From an uncultured Verrucomicrobiae bacterium (GTDB lineage Bacteria > Verrucomicrobiota > Verrucomicrobiia > Limisphaerales > Palsa-1400): 64,000 bases of DNA. The stretch covers positions 3,200,001 to 3,264,000 of the forward strand of contig CAVXRD010000002.1 in assembly GCA_963764165.1 (NCBI GenBank), read 5' to 3'. The position numbers and the translations under genes were made by a program. Positions 1-10,258 of the stretch are shown piece after piece; the stretch's first letter is position 1; every line of letters starts with the position of its first letter. Below the pieces are notes generated by a model. It saw nothing but the letters and a program-made list of their open reading frames with translations, ran no database searches and had not been told where the DNA came from.

Positions 1-152
1 TACTCGACAAATGTGCGGAAATCATCAAGACGCAATTGCCGGTCGCGGGATTCACTGACTTGGGAACTGATTGGCGCGATTGGATCATCGTTCACGCTCT
101 CTTTGACGAAGCAACGAATCTGGCTAACGCGGAACGCCAACCTGGCTTCTGA
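1..152 (+). CDS. 3' end of a TPR-tailed protein (probable Ser/Thr kinase C-terminus), cut by the window edge
   Basis: Frame 3 reads LDKCAEIIKTQLPVAGFTDLGTDWRDWIIVHALFDEA...GF*. It matches the C-terminus of 10259..11368 (DLGREWRDWVIVHSLLNEA), and both precede an ECF sigma gene. Confidence 0.7.
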   Translation, partial: LDKCAEIIKTQLPVAGFTDLGTDWRDWIIVHALFDEATNLANAERQPGF

Positions 153-259
153 AAATGAATCATCTGGTTACTCCGAGACCGAGCGTTGGCGAAATTCATG
201 CTGGCACGGGGCTGTCCGCCGAGGCAGTCTCGGAGGCAGAGCCATTCCGGTCGCAAACG

Positions 260-814
260 ATGAATGACGCAACAGTAGTGCTGGCCGCCGTTGAACGTGG
301 CGATCCCAAAGCCGCCGACCAACTCCTTTCGCTGGTTTATGACGAACTCCGCCGCCTCGCAGCATTCAAGCTCGCGCAGGAATCCCCTGGTCAAACTCTC
401 CAGGCAACCGCCCTTGTCCACGAGGCGTGGCTCCGGCTGGTCGGTGACCGCAATCCAGCCTTCAATGACCGCTGCCATTTTTTTCGCGCCGCCGCCGAGG
501 CAATGCGGCACATACTCATTGATCGGGCCCGCCGAAAGCGGACGCAACGGCACGGCGGAGAATTCGACCACGTCGATTTAGACGGGTTGGAACTCGCCGC
601 TGTCGGTGACGATGACGAATTGTTCGCCGTCCACGAGGCGCTCGACAAATTCTCACGGGAACATCCTGTCCACGCCGAGGTGGTTAAATTGCGCTACTTC
701 ACGGGAATGACCAATGAAGAGGTCTCGCAGGCGCTCGGAATCACCGTTTCCGTTGCTAAAAAATATTGGACATTTTCCCGCGCCTGGCTGCTCAACGAAA
801 TCGAGGGCGAATAA
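260..814 (+). CDS. ECF-type RNA polymerase sigma factor (TIGR02999-like family)
   Basis: LVYDELRRLAA...PGQTLQATALVHEAWLRL...FFRAAAEAMRHILIDRARRK...VVKLRYFTG. ATG at 260. Confidence 0.92.
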   Translation: MNDATVVLAAVERGDPKAADQLLSLVYDELRRLAAFKLAQESPGQTLQATALVHEAWLRLVGDRNPAFNDRCHFFRAAAEAMRHILIDRARRKRTQRHGGEFDHVDLDGLELAAVGDDDELFAVHEALDKFSREHPVHAEVVKLRYFTGMTNEEVSQALGITVSVAKKYWTFSRAWLLNEIEGE

Positions 815-827
815 TTTCGCACTTTTT

Positions 828-857
828 CGGACCTTTTTGCTTCCGATTCTCGCTTGT
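828..857 (+). promoter_or_regulatory. Candidate ECF-dependent promoter motif, copy 1
   Basis: cggacctttttgcttccgattctcgcttgt closely matches 12181-12209. Both copies lie downstream of an ECF gene and upstream of an operon. Confidence 0.45.
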
Positions 858-1083
858 CTGTTTGTGGCTGATGCCTGGTTATGAGCGAAGCCGCAAAAAC
901 GAAGCGTGAAAAAGCGATTTAATCCAGTGGACCCAGCGACGCAATCGTTGCATTCCAGTGCGGGCGTTTCACGGCGGCAATTCATGGTCACGACCGCCAC
1001 GGCCGCCGCCGCGTTTGGCGTTCCAGTGCTGGCATGGTCCAAGCAAGCGGCAAATTACCTCTCCCTGCAAGGGAAATGGATCC

Positions 1084-1908
1084 ATGAGCACAATTACTAC
1101 TAAAGACGGAACACAAATCTACTTCAAGGATTGGGGTAATGGCCAACCCATTGTCTTCAGTCACGGCTGGCCCTTGAGCGCAGACGACTGGGATGCGCAA
1201 ATGATGTTCTTCCTTAACCACGGTTACACGGTGATCGCCCATGACCGCCGCGGCCACGGTCGCTCCAGCCAGCCTGGTGACGGCCACGATATGGATCATT
1301 ACGCGGATGATCTGGCGGCCCTCACCGCCCAGCTTCAACTGAAAGATGCGGTGCATGTCGGTCACTCTACGGGCGGCGGTGAAGTCGTGCGCTACCTGGC
1401 CCGTCATGGCGAGAGCCGCGTCGCCAAAGCAGTACTGATTAGCGCGGTGCCGCCGCTCATGGTGAAAACGGACGCCAATCCTGGAGGTTTGCCGAAAGAG
1501 GTGTTTGATGGGTTTCAGGCGCAACTGGCCTCCAACCGCGCCCAGTTCTATTACGAAATCCCAGCCGGCCCATTCTATGGGTTTAATCGCCCCGGCGCCA
1601 AAACTCAGCCAGGCTTGGTCTGGAATTGGTGGCGTCAAGGAATGATGGGCGGAGCCAAGGCGCATTACGACGGAATCGTCGCATTTTCTCAGACCGATTT
1701 TACCGAGGACCTAAAGAAAATCTCCGTCCCCGTGCTTGTGATGCACGGCGACGACGACCAAATCGTTCCCTACGCTGACTCCGGACCGCTGTCAGCAAAG
1801 TTGCTTAAAAAGGGAATATTGAAAACCTACAAGGGTTTTCCGCACGGCATGCCCACGACGAATGCAGACACAATTAACGCTGACCTGCTTGAATTTATAA
1901 AATCCTAG
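1084..1908 (+). CDS. cpo: Alpha/beta hydrolase, non-heme chloroperoxidase/perhydrolase family
   Basis: [41 protein letters not shown] nucleophile, [12 protein letters not shown]. Confidence 0.92.
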   Translation: MSTITTKDGTQIYFKDWGNGQPIVFSHGWPLSADDWDAQMMFFLNHGYTVIAHDRRGHGRSSQPGDGHDMDHYADDLAALTAQLQLKDAVHVGHSTGGGEVVRYLARHGESRVAKAVLISAVPPLMVKTDANPGGLPKEVFDGFQAQLASNRAQFYYEIPAGPFYGFNRPGAKTQPGLVWNWWRQGMMGGAKAHYDGIVAFSQTDFTEDLKKISVPVLVMHGDDDQIVPYADSGPLSAKLLKKGILKTYKGFPHGMPTTNADTINADLLEFIKS

Positions 1909-1952
1909 TAACCAGATTAACAAAAACAAACGCGCCGAAAGGATAAATAACT

Positions 1953-2627
1953 ATGAATCAATACCACAAACTGTATACGCCGTCTGATTCCGTCATCGTA
2001 TTTATAGATCACCAGCCTCAAATGCTCTTTGGCGTCGCCAACGCCGACCGCGCCACGCTCATCAACAACGTCACGCTTCTCGCGAAAGTTGCGAAGGAGT
2101 TCAAGGTTCCCTCCGTGCTCACAGCGGTCGAGACGGAGTCGTTTAGCGGGTACGTTTGGCCCCAGTTGCTCGACGTGTTCCCCGGGCAGCCTGTCATCGA
2201 GCGCAGTTCAATGAACTCGTGGGATTCCCAGGAATTTCGCAAGGCCATCGAAGCCACGGGTCGCAAAAACATTATCATGACGGGACTGTGGACCGAAGTC
2301 TGCGTTACATGGCCGACGATTGAAATGCTGGGAGAGGGTTACAACATTTATGTCGTAGAAGACTGTTGCGGAGCGACGTCGCCTGCGGCGCAGGAAGCCG
2401 CACTGTCGCGAATGGTGCAAGCTGGCGCTGTGCGCTTAACTACCATTGCTGCTCTTCTGGAATGGCAGCGCGATTGGAAAAACAAGGAGCACTACGGCGC
2501 GCTCATGGGACTTCTTAGGCCTCAGGCGGGCGCTTACGGAATTGGAGTCGAATATGCCTACACCATGGTTCATCACGCTCCGCAGACCGCGCAAAAGCCG
2601 CAAATCGTGCCCAAGAAGACGAGCTAA
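1953..2627 (+). CDS. ycaC: Isochorismatase-family hydrolase (YcaC-like)
   Basis: FIDHQPQM, RSSMNSWD, GLWTEVC catalytic motif, LEWQRDW. Confidence 0.88.
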   Translation: MNQYHKLYTPSDSVIVFIDHQPQMLFGVANADRATLINNVTLLAKVAKEFKVPSVLTAVETESFSGYVWPQLLDVFPGQPVIERSSMNSWDSQEFRKAIEATGRKNIIMTGLWTEVCVTWPTIEMLGEGYNIYVVEDCCGATSPAAQEAALSRMVQAGAVRLTTIAALLEWQRDWKNKEHYGALMGLLRPQAGAYGIGVEYAYTMVHHAPQTAQKPQIVPKKTS

Positions 2628-2652
2628 CCTTCGCAAGTCATCACGGCCAACT

Positions 2653-3381
2653 ATGAAGAATAGAGCTTTTACAATTGCCGCGGTGGTGGCGTGCTTTTTC
2701 GCGACCGCGCGCGCTGACGACTCGGCTCCAGCCAAAGAGAACATTTTTGAGGCGAAGCCTCTTGGCATCCAGGTATCCATCAAAATGATCGGCCCTTACA
2801 CGCAGCCTGCGGACCTGCAGTTGATTTGCCTGTTCAAACATAAGCCCACAGGGGACACCTATCAGGGGGCGGCAAAGGAGACCGACGCGCATCTTGGCGG
2901 GATTCTGTCGGCAGTGCGCAATCGGGGGCAGTTCGCGGGCGAGCTTGGGGAGACATTTCTTTTCACGCCACCGCCCGGAACTATTCCAGCGAAGCGGTTC
3001 ATGGTTATTGGACTGGGTGAGGAAAAGGATTTGACCCTCAATTCATTGCGAGTGGTGGGGCGCGTCGCGGCTCGTGAGGCGGTCAGGCTCAAAGCCAGCC
3101 ATGTCGCGTGGGCGCCGGTCATTCGCGACGAGGGAAACACGTCCGTTGATGTGGGGCTCGGCGACCGCGCTTTTGTTGAGGAGATGTTGTCGGCTTACGA
3201 TACGGAAAAGCGCCTGCAGGACCAGGGATTGGCCGACAAGTTCAGCATTGAATCTCTCGTCATAGAGGCAGGGCCGGCCTTCTTTGATGGGGCAGTTAAA
3301 GAAGTGGGAGAAGGAATCGCGGCTGAAATTGCCGACCTGTCAAAGCGAGAAGGAAGACCGTTTATGTCAGCATCAAAATAG
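2653..3381 (+). CDS. Secreted protein with peptidase M17 N-terminal-like domain
   Basis: Signal peptide MKNRAFTIAAVVACFFATARA, then LGGILSAVRNRGQFAGELGETFL...AKRFMVIGLG. No M17 catalytic domain. Confidence 0.7.
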   Translation: MKNRAFTIAAVVACFFATARADDSAPAKENIFEAKPLGIQVSIKMIGPYTQPADLQLICLFKHKPTGDTYQGAAKETDAHLGGILSAVRNRGQFAGELGETFLFTPPPGTIPAKRFMVIGLGEEKDLTLNSLRVVGRVAAREAVRLKASHVAWAPVIRDEGNTSVDVGLGDRAFVEEMLSAYDTEKRLQDQGLADKFSIESLVIEAGPAFFDGAVKEVGEGIAAEIADLSKREGRPFMSASK

Positions 3382-3385
3382 AACA

Positions 3386-4786
3386 ATGCGTCATGCATGG
3401 CTCATACCGTTGCTAGCTATGTTGCCAAACGCAATTCATGCCCGAGATATGACCAACACGGTAGAGCTGCCTTCGTCGCCTCCCGCCTATGATCTTTTGC
3501 GGTTTAACGAAGATTATTCGCATCTCAGCAATGTCGCCAATCGCAGAGATTTTTTTGATTCGGTCAAATGCATCCCGCTGCGCGCTGGAGATCCTTCCTG
3601 GTATCTGAGCTTTGGCGGGGAAGTTCGAGAGCGGTTTGAGAGCACGGAGGCTCTCAACTTCGGCGTTGGAGCCGGGCCGGATTCGTATTTGTTGCAGCGG
3701 CTTGCGCTTTTGGCCGATCTGCATCTGGGTGAACGAGTTCGGATCTTCGCAGAAGGAATATCCGGACTTGATGAAGGCCATGACGGGCCTGCGCCGCCAG
3801 TCCAGCAGGATCCGATTGATCTGCAATTCGCCTTCGTTGAGGTCGCACCGTATTTGACCTCGGACCAGCGACTGACGATTCGAGCAGGGCGATTTGGAAT
3901 GAGCTTTGGGGCGGGCCGGCTTGTGGCAACGCGCGCGGCCGTGAACATTCCGTTTCGATTTGACGGGGTTGAAATGCTCTATTCGAGTCCTCATTGGGAG
4001 GCAACCGGATTTCTCACCCAGCCCGCCTTGGATTCCGGGCACATCGACGCAGAGGATCACACCACGACGTTTTGGGGGCTTTACGCCACCTGCTGGTTCG
4101 ACAGGCCTCGCACAATCGGCCTCGACCTTTACTACTTTGGAATCCATAGCGAAGAAAGCGTGTATGCATCGGGCACCGGCGACGAACATCGGCATTCGTT
4201 GGGAACTCGGCAGTTTGGAGCCTGGCATAACTGGGATTGGAATACAGAAGAAGTTTTGCAGGTGGGCAGTTTTGGAGACGATTCTATTCTCGCGTGGACG
4301 GGCAGTCTTGATTCCGGCTACACCTGGCAGACGACGGGCAAGCCTCGATTGGGAGTAAAAGCGGATGTCACCAGCGGTGACACAAATCCTCACGATGGCA
4401 GACAGGAGACATTCGACGCGCTCTATTTCAAATCCGGGTATTTTAATGATGCCAGCCTCCTGCGCCCGCAAAACATTATTGACGTTCATCCGAATGGTTC
4501 GTTGCAGCTTTCTCGGTCGCTGGCATTTGATGGAGGTGTTGATTGGTTTTGGCGGTACACGAGGAACGATGCTGTCTATGCTGTCCCGGGATTTATCGCA
4601 ATTCCCGCGATACATACGGATTCCAGCTATGTCGGCACAGCGTTCGATGTGAACCTCAGTTGGCAGATGCAACAGCACGTCAGCGTCCAGGCGTCCTATG
4701 TCCATTTCTTGAGCGGCAGTTTCATTCACCAAGCCGGTGGCAGAGATGTGGATTACGTCTCGACGACATTTAGCTTTCTATTTTGA
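3386..4786 (+). CDS. Alginate export (AlgE-like) outer-membrane beta-barrel
   Basis: Signal peptide, LRFNEDYS, YLSFGGEVRERFE, FDGV, SGDTNPHDG..TFDALY, C-terminal Phe. Confidence 0.82.
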   Translation: MRHAWLIPLLAMLPNAIHARDMTNTVELPSSPPAYDLLRFNEDYSHLSNVANRRDFFDSVKCIPLRAGDPSWYLSFGGEVRERFESTEALNFGVGAGPDSYLLQRLALLADLHLGERVRIFAEGISGLDEGHDGPAPPVQQDPIDLQFAFVEVAPYLTSDQRLTIRAGRFGMSFGAGRLVATRAAVNIPFRFDGVEMLYSSPHWEATGFLTQPALDSGHIDAEDHTTTFWGLYATCWFDRPRTIGLDLYYFGIHSEESVYASGTGDEHRHSLGTRQFGAWHNWDWNTEEVLQVGSFGDDSILAWTGSLDSGYTWQTTGKPRLGVKADVTSGDTNPHDGRQETFDALYFKSGYFNDASLLRPQNIIDVHPNGSLQLSRSLAFDGGVDWFWRYTRNDAVYAVPGFIAIPAIHTDSSYVGTAFDVNLSWQMQQHVSVQASYVHFLSGSFIHQAGGRDVDYVSTTFSFLF

Positions 4787-4788
4787 GG

Positions 4789-5331
4789 ATGAGCGAACCC
4801 ATTCATGTCGCCATCGTGAGAACCGCAAGAGTCGGATGCGAAGCGGCTTTCGAAAAAGCCTTGCATGAGTTCGTGCAGCGATCGCTTTCGCTGCCTGGCC
4901 AAATTGGCGTTGATATCATTCGACCCGCGCCAGGGAGTGAATCGCGCCAATACGGCATTATTCGCAAGTTTGCTGATCGCGACGCCTTGGCCGAATTTCG
5001 CACATCGCCTGAATATCTGGAATGGAACGAAATTGCGCTGGATTTGACGGAAGGAAGCGGAAGGGTCGAAGAATTGTGCGGTTTGGAGAGCTGGTTCACC
5101 CTGCCCGGCCAGCCATTGCGCCCCTTGCCTCAATGGAAAATGGCTGTTGCAACCTATCTAGGCGTTGTGCCAGTCATCATGCTCTTAAGCCTGACTCTTG
5201 GCCGATTGATCCAGAATTGGAATTTTGTCCTGAACAACATTGTCTTTAACGCCTTCGTCGTCGCGCTTTTGACGTGGGTCGTGATGCCGCTTATCACAAA
5301 AGCTCTGCACGGTTGGTTGCAATCCAAATAA
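4789..5331 (+). CDS. ABM-superfamily domain protein with C-terminal membrane helices
   Basis: N-terminal dimeric alpha/beta barrel pattern, GLESWFTLPG..PLPQWKMAV, LLTWVVMPL. Confidence 0.75.
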   Translation: MSEPIHVAIVRTARVGCEAAFEKALHEFVQRSLSLPGQIGVDIIRPAPGSESRQYGIIRKFADRDALAEFRTSPEYLEWNEIALDLTEGSGRVEELCGLESWFTLPGQPLRPLPQWKMAVATYLGVVPVIMLLSLTLGRLIQNWNFVLNNIVFNAFVVALLTWVVMPLITKALHGWLQSK

Positions 5332-5344
5332 TAAATTCTCGCCT

Positions 5345-7222
5345 ATGACCACATCCATCGTTCCTGATCTTATTCTTCACAACGGCCGCATAACCACTCT
5401 TGATCCGAAATATCCCGAAGCCAGGAATATCGCAATCAAGGAGGGACGCATCGTGGCCGTGGACGGCGCGGAGGAATATGAGCGCGGACCCGGCACCAAG
5501 GTAATTGATTTGCAGGGCCGCCGGGTGATTCCGGGTTTGAACGACTCACATCTGCATGTCATTCGCGGCGGGCTGAACTACAACATGGAACTCCGCTGGG
5601 ATGGTGTGCCTTCTTTGGCCGATGCGCTGCGCATCCTTAAGGAGCAGGTTCAGCGGACACCGCCCGGCCAGTGGGTCCGCGTGGTGGGCGGATGGACGGA
5701 ATTTCAATTTGCCGAGCGCCGGATGCCGACGCTGGAAGAGATAAATGCCGCCGCCCCCGAGACGCCTGTTTTCATCCTGCATCTTTACTGCCGCGCCTTG
5801 TTGAACAAGGCTGCGTTGCGCGCATGCGGTTACACGAAGGACACGCCAAATCCGCCCGGCGGCGAAATTCAACGCGATCACAGCGGCAATCCAACGGGCC
5901 TCCTCATCGCCCGACCCAACGCGTCCATTCTATATGCGACGCTTGCCAAAGGTCCGAAATTGCCCCCGGAGCACCAGATGAATTCCACACGCCATTTCAT
6001 GCGCGAATTAAATCGGCTCGGGTTGACCAGTATTATTGACGCGGGTGGCGGGTTTCAGAATTACCCCGAGGATTACTCAATTATTGAAGAGTTGCATAAA
6101 CGCAGAGAGATGACATTGCGGATCGCCTATAATCTGTTCACGCAAAAACCAAAGCAGGAAAAGGAGGATTTCGCACGATGGATCAAAATGACCGGGCCCG
6201 GCAGCGGCGATGATTATTTCCGTTGCAATGGCGCCGGTGAGATGCTCGTGTTTTCTGCGGCTGATTTCGAAGATTTCCTCGAACCGCGCCCCGATCTCGA
6301 TGGGTCGCTTGAAAACGATTTGAAGGGCGTGGTTTCCCTGCTTGCCGCCAACAAATGGCCCTTCCGACTCCACGCGACCTACGATGAAAGCATTTCCCGC
6401 TTCCTCAATGTATTCGAGGAAGTGAATCGCGAATTTCCGTTCAAAGGCTTGAATTGGTTTTTTGACCATTGTGAAACCGTCTCGGACAGGAACCTTGAAC
6501 GCATCAGGGCATTGGGGGGCGGAATTGCAGTTCAACATCGAATGGCCTACCAGGGCGAGTACTTCATGGATCGATACGGCAAGAAGGCGGCAGAACGGAC
6601 ACCGCCGTTGCGAAAGATGTTGGAGATGGGACTGCCGGTGGGCGCTGGCACCGATGCCACGCGGGTGGCGAGTTATAATCCTTGGGTTTCTCTCTATTGG
6701 ATGGTTACCGGCCGAACCGTTGGGGGAGTTTCGATGTATCCCGACAAAAACTGTCTCACCCGGGAAGAGGCTCTTCGGCTCTACACGCAGGGGAGCAGTT
6801 GGTTTTCCAGTGAAAATGGAAAGAAGGGCGCGATTGCGGAGAATCAGTTGGCGGATCTAGTAGTTCTTACGGACGATTACTTTTCCGTAGCCGAAGAGGA
6901 AATCAAAGAAATAGAATCAGTTTTGACCATCGTTGGCGGAAACATTGTCCATGCGATGGGAGAGTTTGCCCCCCACGCTCCGGCGCCCGTCCCTGTTCTG
7001 CCGGAATGGTCTCCCGTAAAATATTTTGGGGGCTATGGCGCGCCTTTAGATGTCCGCAGGGCTGTCCGCGCAGGGATCCCTGTTGCACAGCACCAGCACA
7101 GCGCCACCTGTCATCAACACGGATGCGCGAATGCCTGGCAAATGATCATGTCCTCTGCCGAAGCTGCGCGAAATCGCTACGCCGGATTCTGGGGCCTTGG
7201 TTGCGATTGTTTTGCCTTCTGA
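5345..7222 (+). CDS. Metal-dependent amidohydrolase (YtcJ-like, Amidohydro_3)
   Basis: IPGLNDSHLH, RLHATYDE, FDHCE, GTDATRVA, C-terminal GCDCFAF. Confidence 0.9.
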   Translation: MTTSIVPDLILHNGRITTLDPKYPEARNIAIKEGRIVAVDGAEEYERGPGTKVIDLQGRRVIPGLNDSHLHVIRGGLNYNMELRWDGVPSLADALRILKEQVQRTPPGQWVRVVGGWTEFQFAERRMPTLEEINAAAPETPVFILHLYCRALLNKAALRACGYTKDTPNPPGGEIQRDHSGNPTGLLIARPNASILYATLAKGPKLPPEHQMNSTRHFMRELNRLGLTSIIDAGGGFQNYPEDYSIIEELHKRREMTLRIAYNLFTQKPKQEKEDFARWIKMTGPGSGDDYFRCNGAGEMLVFSAADFEDFLEPRPDLDGSLENDLKGVVSLLAANKWPFRLHATYDESISRFLNVFEEVNREFPFKGLNWFFDHCETVSDRNLERIRALGGGIAVQHRMAYQGEYFMDRYGKKAAERTPPLRKMLEMGLPVGAGTDATRVASYNPWVSLYWMVTGRTVGGVSMYPDKNCLTREEALRLYTQGSSWFSSENGKKGAIAENQLADLVVLTDDYFSVAEEEIKEIESVLTIVGGNIVHAMGEFAPHAPAPVPVLPEWSPVKYFGGYGAPLDVRRAVRAGIPVAQHQHSATCHQHGCANAWQMIMSSAEAARNRYAGFWGLGCDCFAF

Positions 7223-7261
7223 TTCAAATTCGGAGAACATTTGCGGCTAAGGAGGCAAACC

Positions 7262-8089
7262 ATGGCTATTCTGAAATGCAATGTTCCTGAATCCTTGCTC
7301 GTGTCATTGACAAAGACTGCTGGCAGTAACGAAGGCGTGTCGCACATTGTGACGGTTGCGCTATCGCAATATTTAAGTCAACCCTTTCACACGCTCTTTC
7401 AAATTTCCACCTCCGGGTCTCTTGTCGCCGGCATTTATACTGGCGCGGTCTCATCCGGGATAATCTTGCAGCACGGGGATTTCGGTATCGGCACCTTTGA
7501 GAATCTGGACGGAGAAATGGTAGTCCTCGATGGGCATATTTATCAGGTAACCGGCGATGGGAGAGTTACGGAGGCGCCCAATGATGCCGCAGCGCCGTTC
7601 GCGGTGGTAACGCGCTTTGATCCCAAACTCGACATTGAGATACCTCCTTCAGCGTCCCTTGCGAACTTGACCCGGCAATGCGACAAAAATCGCACATCAA
7701 ATAACATCTTTTACGCCTTTCGCATCGATGGCCGATTCCAGAGCGTGAAAGCGCGCGCCGTGAGTCCGCCAAAGGAGCACGGACGCCTTGTCGATGCGGC
7801 CAAGACTCAAGCGGAGTTTGAGTTTACCGACATAGAGGGCACGTTGGTGGGGCTATGGTCTCCTGTCTTCTCCAGCGCTTTTAGCATCCCGGGATATCAC
7901 TTCCATTTCCTCTCCACCGATCGCCAACATGGAGGTCACCTCCTTGCATGTTCGGCGGGAAAACTGCGATTGCGCATGGAGGCGCTGAACGATTTTCGTC
8001 TCGCACTGCCTGAAAACGAATCCTTCCTCAAAGCGGATTTGAGCAAGAATTCCTCCGAAGAGTTGAAGTATGCGGAAGAAGCCCATTAG
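7262..8089 (+). CDS. budA: Alpha-acetolactate decarboxylase
   Basis: HGDFGIGTFENLDGEMVVLDG and GYHFHFLS....GGHL zinc motif. Adjacent to acetolactate synthase. Confidence 0.93.
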   Translation: MAILKCNVPESLLVSLTKTAGSNEGVSHIVTVALSQYLSQPFHTLFQISTSGSLVAGIYTGAVSSGIILQHGDFGIGTFENLDGEMVVLDGHIYQVTGDGRVTEAPNDAAAPFAVVTRFDPKLDIEIPPSASLANLTRQCDKNRTSNNIFYAFRIDGRFQSVKARAVSPPKEHGRLVDAAKTQAEFEFTDIEGTLVGLWSPVFSSAFSIPGYHFHFLSTDRQHGGHLLACSAGKLRLRMEALNDFRLALPENESFLKADLSKNSSEELKYAEEAH

Positions 8090-8098
8090 AAACCAGCT

Positions 8099-9775
8099 AT
8101 GGCCACTAAAAATCAAAATCCACCCAAGAACGGAGCTGAGGTCGTCGTGCGAGCGCTTGAGGCCCACGGTGTCAATTATGTTTTCGGCATTCCGGGGGCA
8201 AAAATCGATGCGGTCTTCAACGCTCTTGTTGATTCGGACATAAAAACCGTCGTCTGCCGTCACGAACAAAACGCCGCCTTTATCGCCGGAGGAATTGGTC
8301 GGATGACGGGCAAAGCTGGCGTGGCCATAGCCACTTCCGGTCCAGGAGTGTCCAATCTCGTGACTGGATTGGCTACCGCTACTTCGGAAGGAGATCCAAT
8401 GGTCGCCTTAGGCGGAGCCGTAGCGACAGATGAAAGCCTGAAGCAAATCCATCAAACGATGGACTCCGTTTCGCTTTGCAAACCAGTGACCAAGTTCAGC
8501 GCTGCTGTCGGAGCACCGCGTGCGATAACCGAAGTTGTCTATAACGCGTTTCGCGCGGCGGAGTCGGGCCGCCCCGGAGCCGCCTTTGTCAGCCTGCCGA
8601 AGGACATCATGGCGGCTGACGCCAATGCCCGGCTTCTGACGCCTCCTGCACTTACGGGCTTGGGCCCAGCAGATGGCACAGCGATCGCGGAAGCCGCCCG
8701 ATTGATACAGGCCGCCGAAACGCCGGTTGTACTTCTGGGCTTGCTGGCAAGCAGAGCCGCCAATGCCGATGCAGCTAGGAATTTTATAGATGTTAACCAT
8801 CTGCCTGTTGTTGGAACATTTCAGGCGGCGGGAGCCGTATCCGCGCATTTACTGGATAATTTTGGTGGACGCATTGGGCAACTTGCGAATCAGCCCGCGG
8901 ATAAGCTACTTCAGGCGGCAGACCTTGTCATCACAGTTGGCTACGATCCAGTCGAATATGATCCCTCGATCTGGAACAAGGTTGGAGTTCGTAAGATCAT
9001 TCACATCGATGTTCTCCCGGCGGATCTTGATGCATGCTATTCTCCATCCATCGAACTCATCGGAGACATCTCCCAAACGCTCTCAGCCCTAATTCCTTTG
9101 TGCAAACGAAGCCGACGTTCTGCGGTGGCGGATGGCATCCTTAAAACTATTGCAGCCGGGCGAATTCATTTTAACGAAACTGCGTCGAAGAAGAACGGAG
9201 TTCCGATCCACCCGACGAGAATCATTTTCGAGCTGCAGCAGATACTGAACTCGGATGTGACGGTCTGTCTGGATATGGGGTCGTTTCATTTGTGGATTGC
9301 CCATCACCTTTATAGCTTTAAAGCCAGGCAAATTTTGATATCCAATGGTCAGCAAACACTTGGTGTTGCGATGCCTTGGGCCATTGCCGCTACGCTTGTG
9401 AGACCCGGCGAAAAAGTATTATCCATCTCGGGCGACGGCGGTTTTTTGTTTTCTGCCATGGAATTGGAAACAGCGGTTCGTCTGAAATGTAATCTCGTTC
9501 ACATGATCTGGATCGATGGCACTTATGACATGGTGGCGGTGCAAGAAATACAGAAATACGGGCGCGCATCCGGAACCGATTTCGGGCCTATTGATTACGT
9601 AAAGTATGCCGAGGCTTTCGGGGCAACGGGACTCATGATTCGCACTGCGGAGGAAATAAGGTCCGTCTTGACAAAAGCGTTTGATACGCCGGGACCGGTG
9701 CTGGTCGGAATCCATGTCGACTACCGCGATAATCATACGCTCTTCGAAATGATCCACGAAGGCAGTTTGCATTAG
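8099..9775 (+). CDS. alsS: Catabolic acetolactate synthase (ThDP enzyme)
   Basis: FGIPGAKID, RHEQNAAF, SNGQQTLGVAMPW, SGDGGFLFSAMELETA. Confidence 0.93.
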   Translation: MATKNQNPPKNGAEVVVRALEAHGVNYVFGIPGAKIDAVFNALVDSDIKTVVCRHEQNAAFIAGGIGRMTGKAGVAIATSGPGVSNLVTGLATATSEGDPMVALGGAVATDESLKQIHQTMDSVSLCKPVTKFSAAVGAPRAITEVVYNAFRAAESGRPGAAFVSLPKDIMAADANARLLTPPALTGLGPADGTAIAEAARLIQAAETPVVLLGLLASRAANADAARNFIDVNHLPVVGTFQAAGAVSAHLLDNFGGRIGQLANQPADKLLQAADLVITVGYDPVEYDPSIWNKVGVRKIIHIDVLPADLDACYSPSIELIGDISQTLSALIPLCKRSRRSAVADGILKTIAAGRIHFNETASKKNGVPIHPTRIIFELQQILNSDVTVCLDMGSFHLWIAHHLYSFKARQILISNGQQTLGVAMPWAIAATLVRPGEKVLSISGDGGFLFSAMELETAVRLKCNLVHMIWIDGTYDMVAVQEIQKYGRASGTDFGPIDYVKYAEAFGATGLMIRTAEEIRSVLTKAFDTPGPVLVGIHVDYRDNHTLFEMIHEGSLH

Positions 9776-9938
9776 AGCGTGTTTTAAAAATAGCTTGGGC
9801 GGTCTTGCGGCGGGCAGGGCGGCTGGCTTCGTTGCTCCTCAGTCGAAGATCCACGAGGGATATTCTCCTTCGTCGCGCCTCGCCAGCCTCCCCGCCGCGC
9901 TCGCAATCCCTATCCCAAGCTATTTTCAAAACACGCTC
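9775..9938. mobile_element. MITE (164 bp) with 25-bp terminal inverted repeats and TTA target duplication
   Basis: Left gagcgtgttttaaaaatagcttggg, right cccaagctattttcaaaacacgctc (1 mismatch). TTA at 9772-9774 and 9939-9941. Confidence 0.85.
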
Positions 9939-10258
9939 TTAGGCAGGCGTCGTGCCAGGCGATTCCTTCAGCACGCCGTAAAAGGGCTGAGGCGCTGAGT
10001 CCGAAAACATTCGAGCTGATGATGGCTTGTTCGCATTCGTTCACTGGCAGCCCCGGAACTGACTCGAAAGGAGTAGGCGACATTCACTCCGCCGCAATAA
10101 ACGGAATACCGCCGCAAGCAAAGTATGAATCATCGCCGCAGACCGCTAAAGTCGATTCGCCGATGAAATCATCACAGCCTTCAATGCCAAGCGCCGCCCG
10201 GCCTTTGAGTCTGCGTTCAAATCGAAGGCAATAAATTTAACTCACGAGGAAATCGTCT

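Noticed and set aside
881..922. [13 protein letters not shown] mini-ORF as relic of a kinase start after the ECF gene
   Set aside because: Only 13 codons; too short to support.
3413..4732. 439-aa minus-strand ORF
   Set aside because: Antisense shadow of the alginate-export gene; no motifs.
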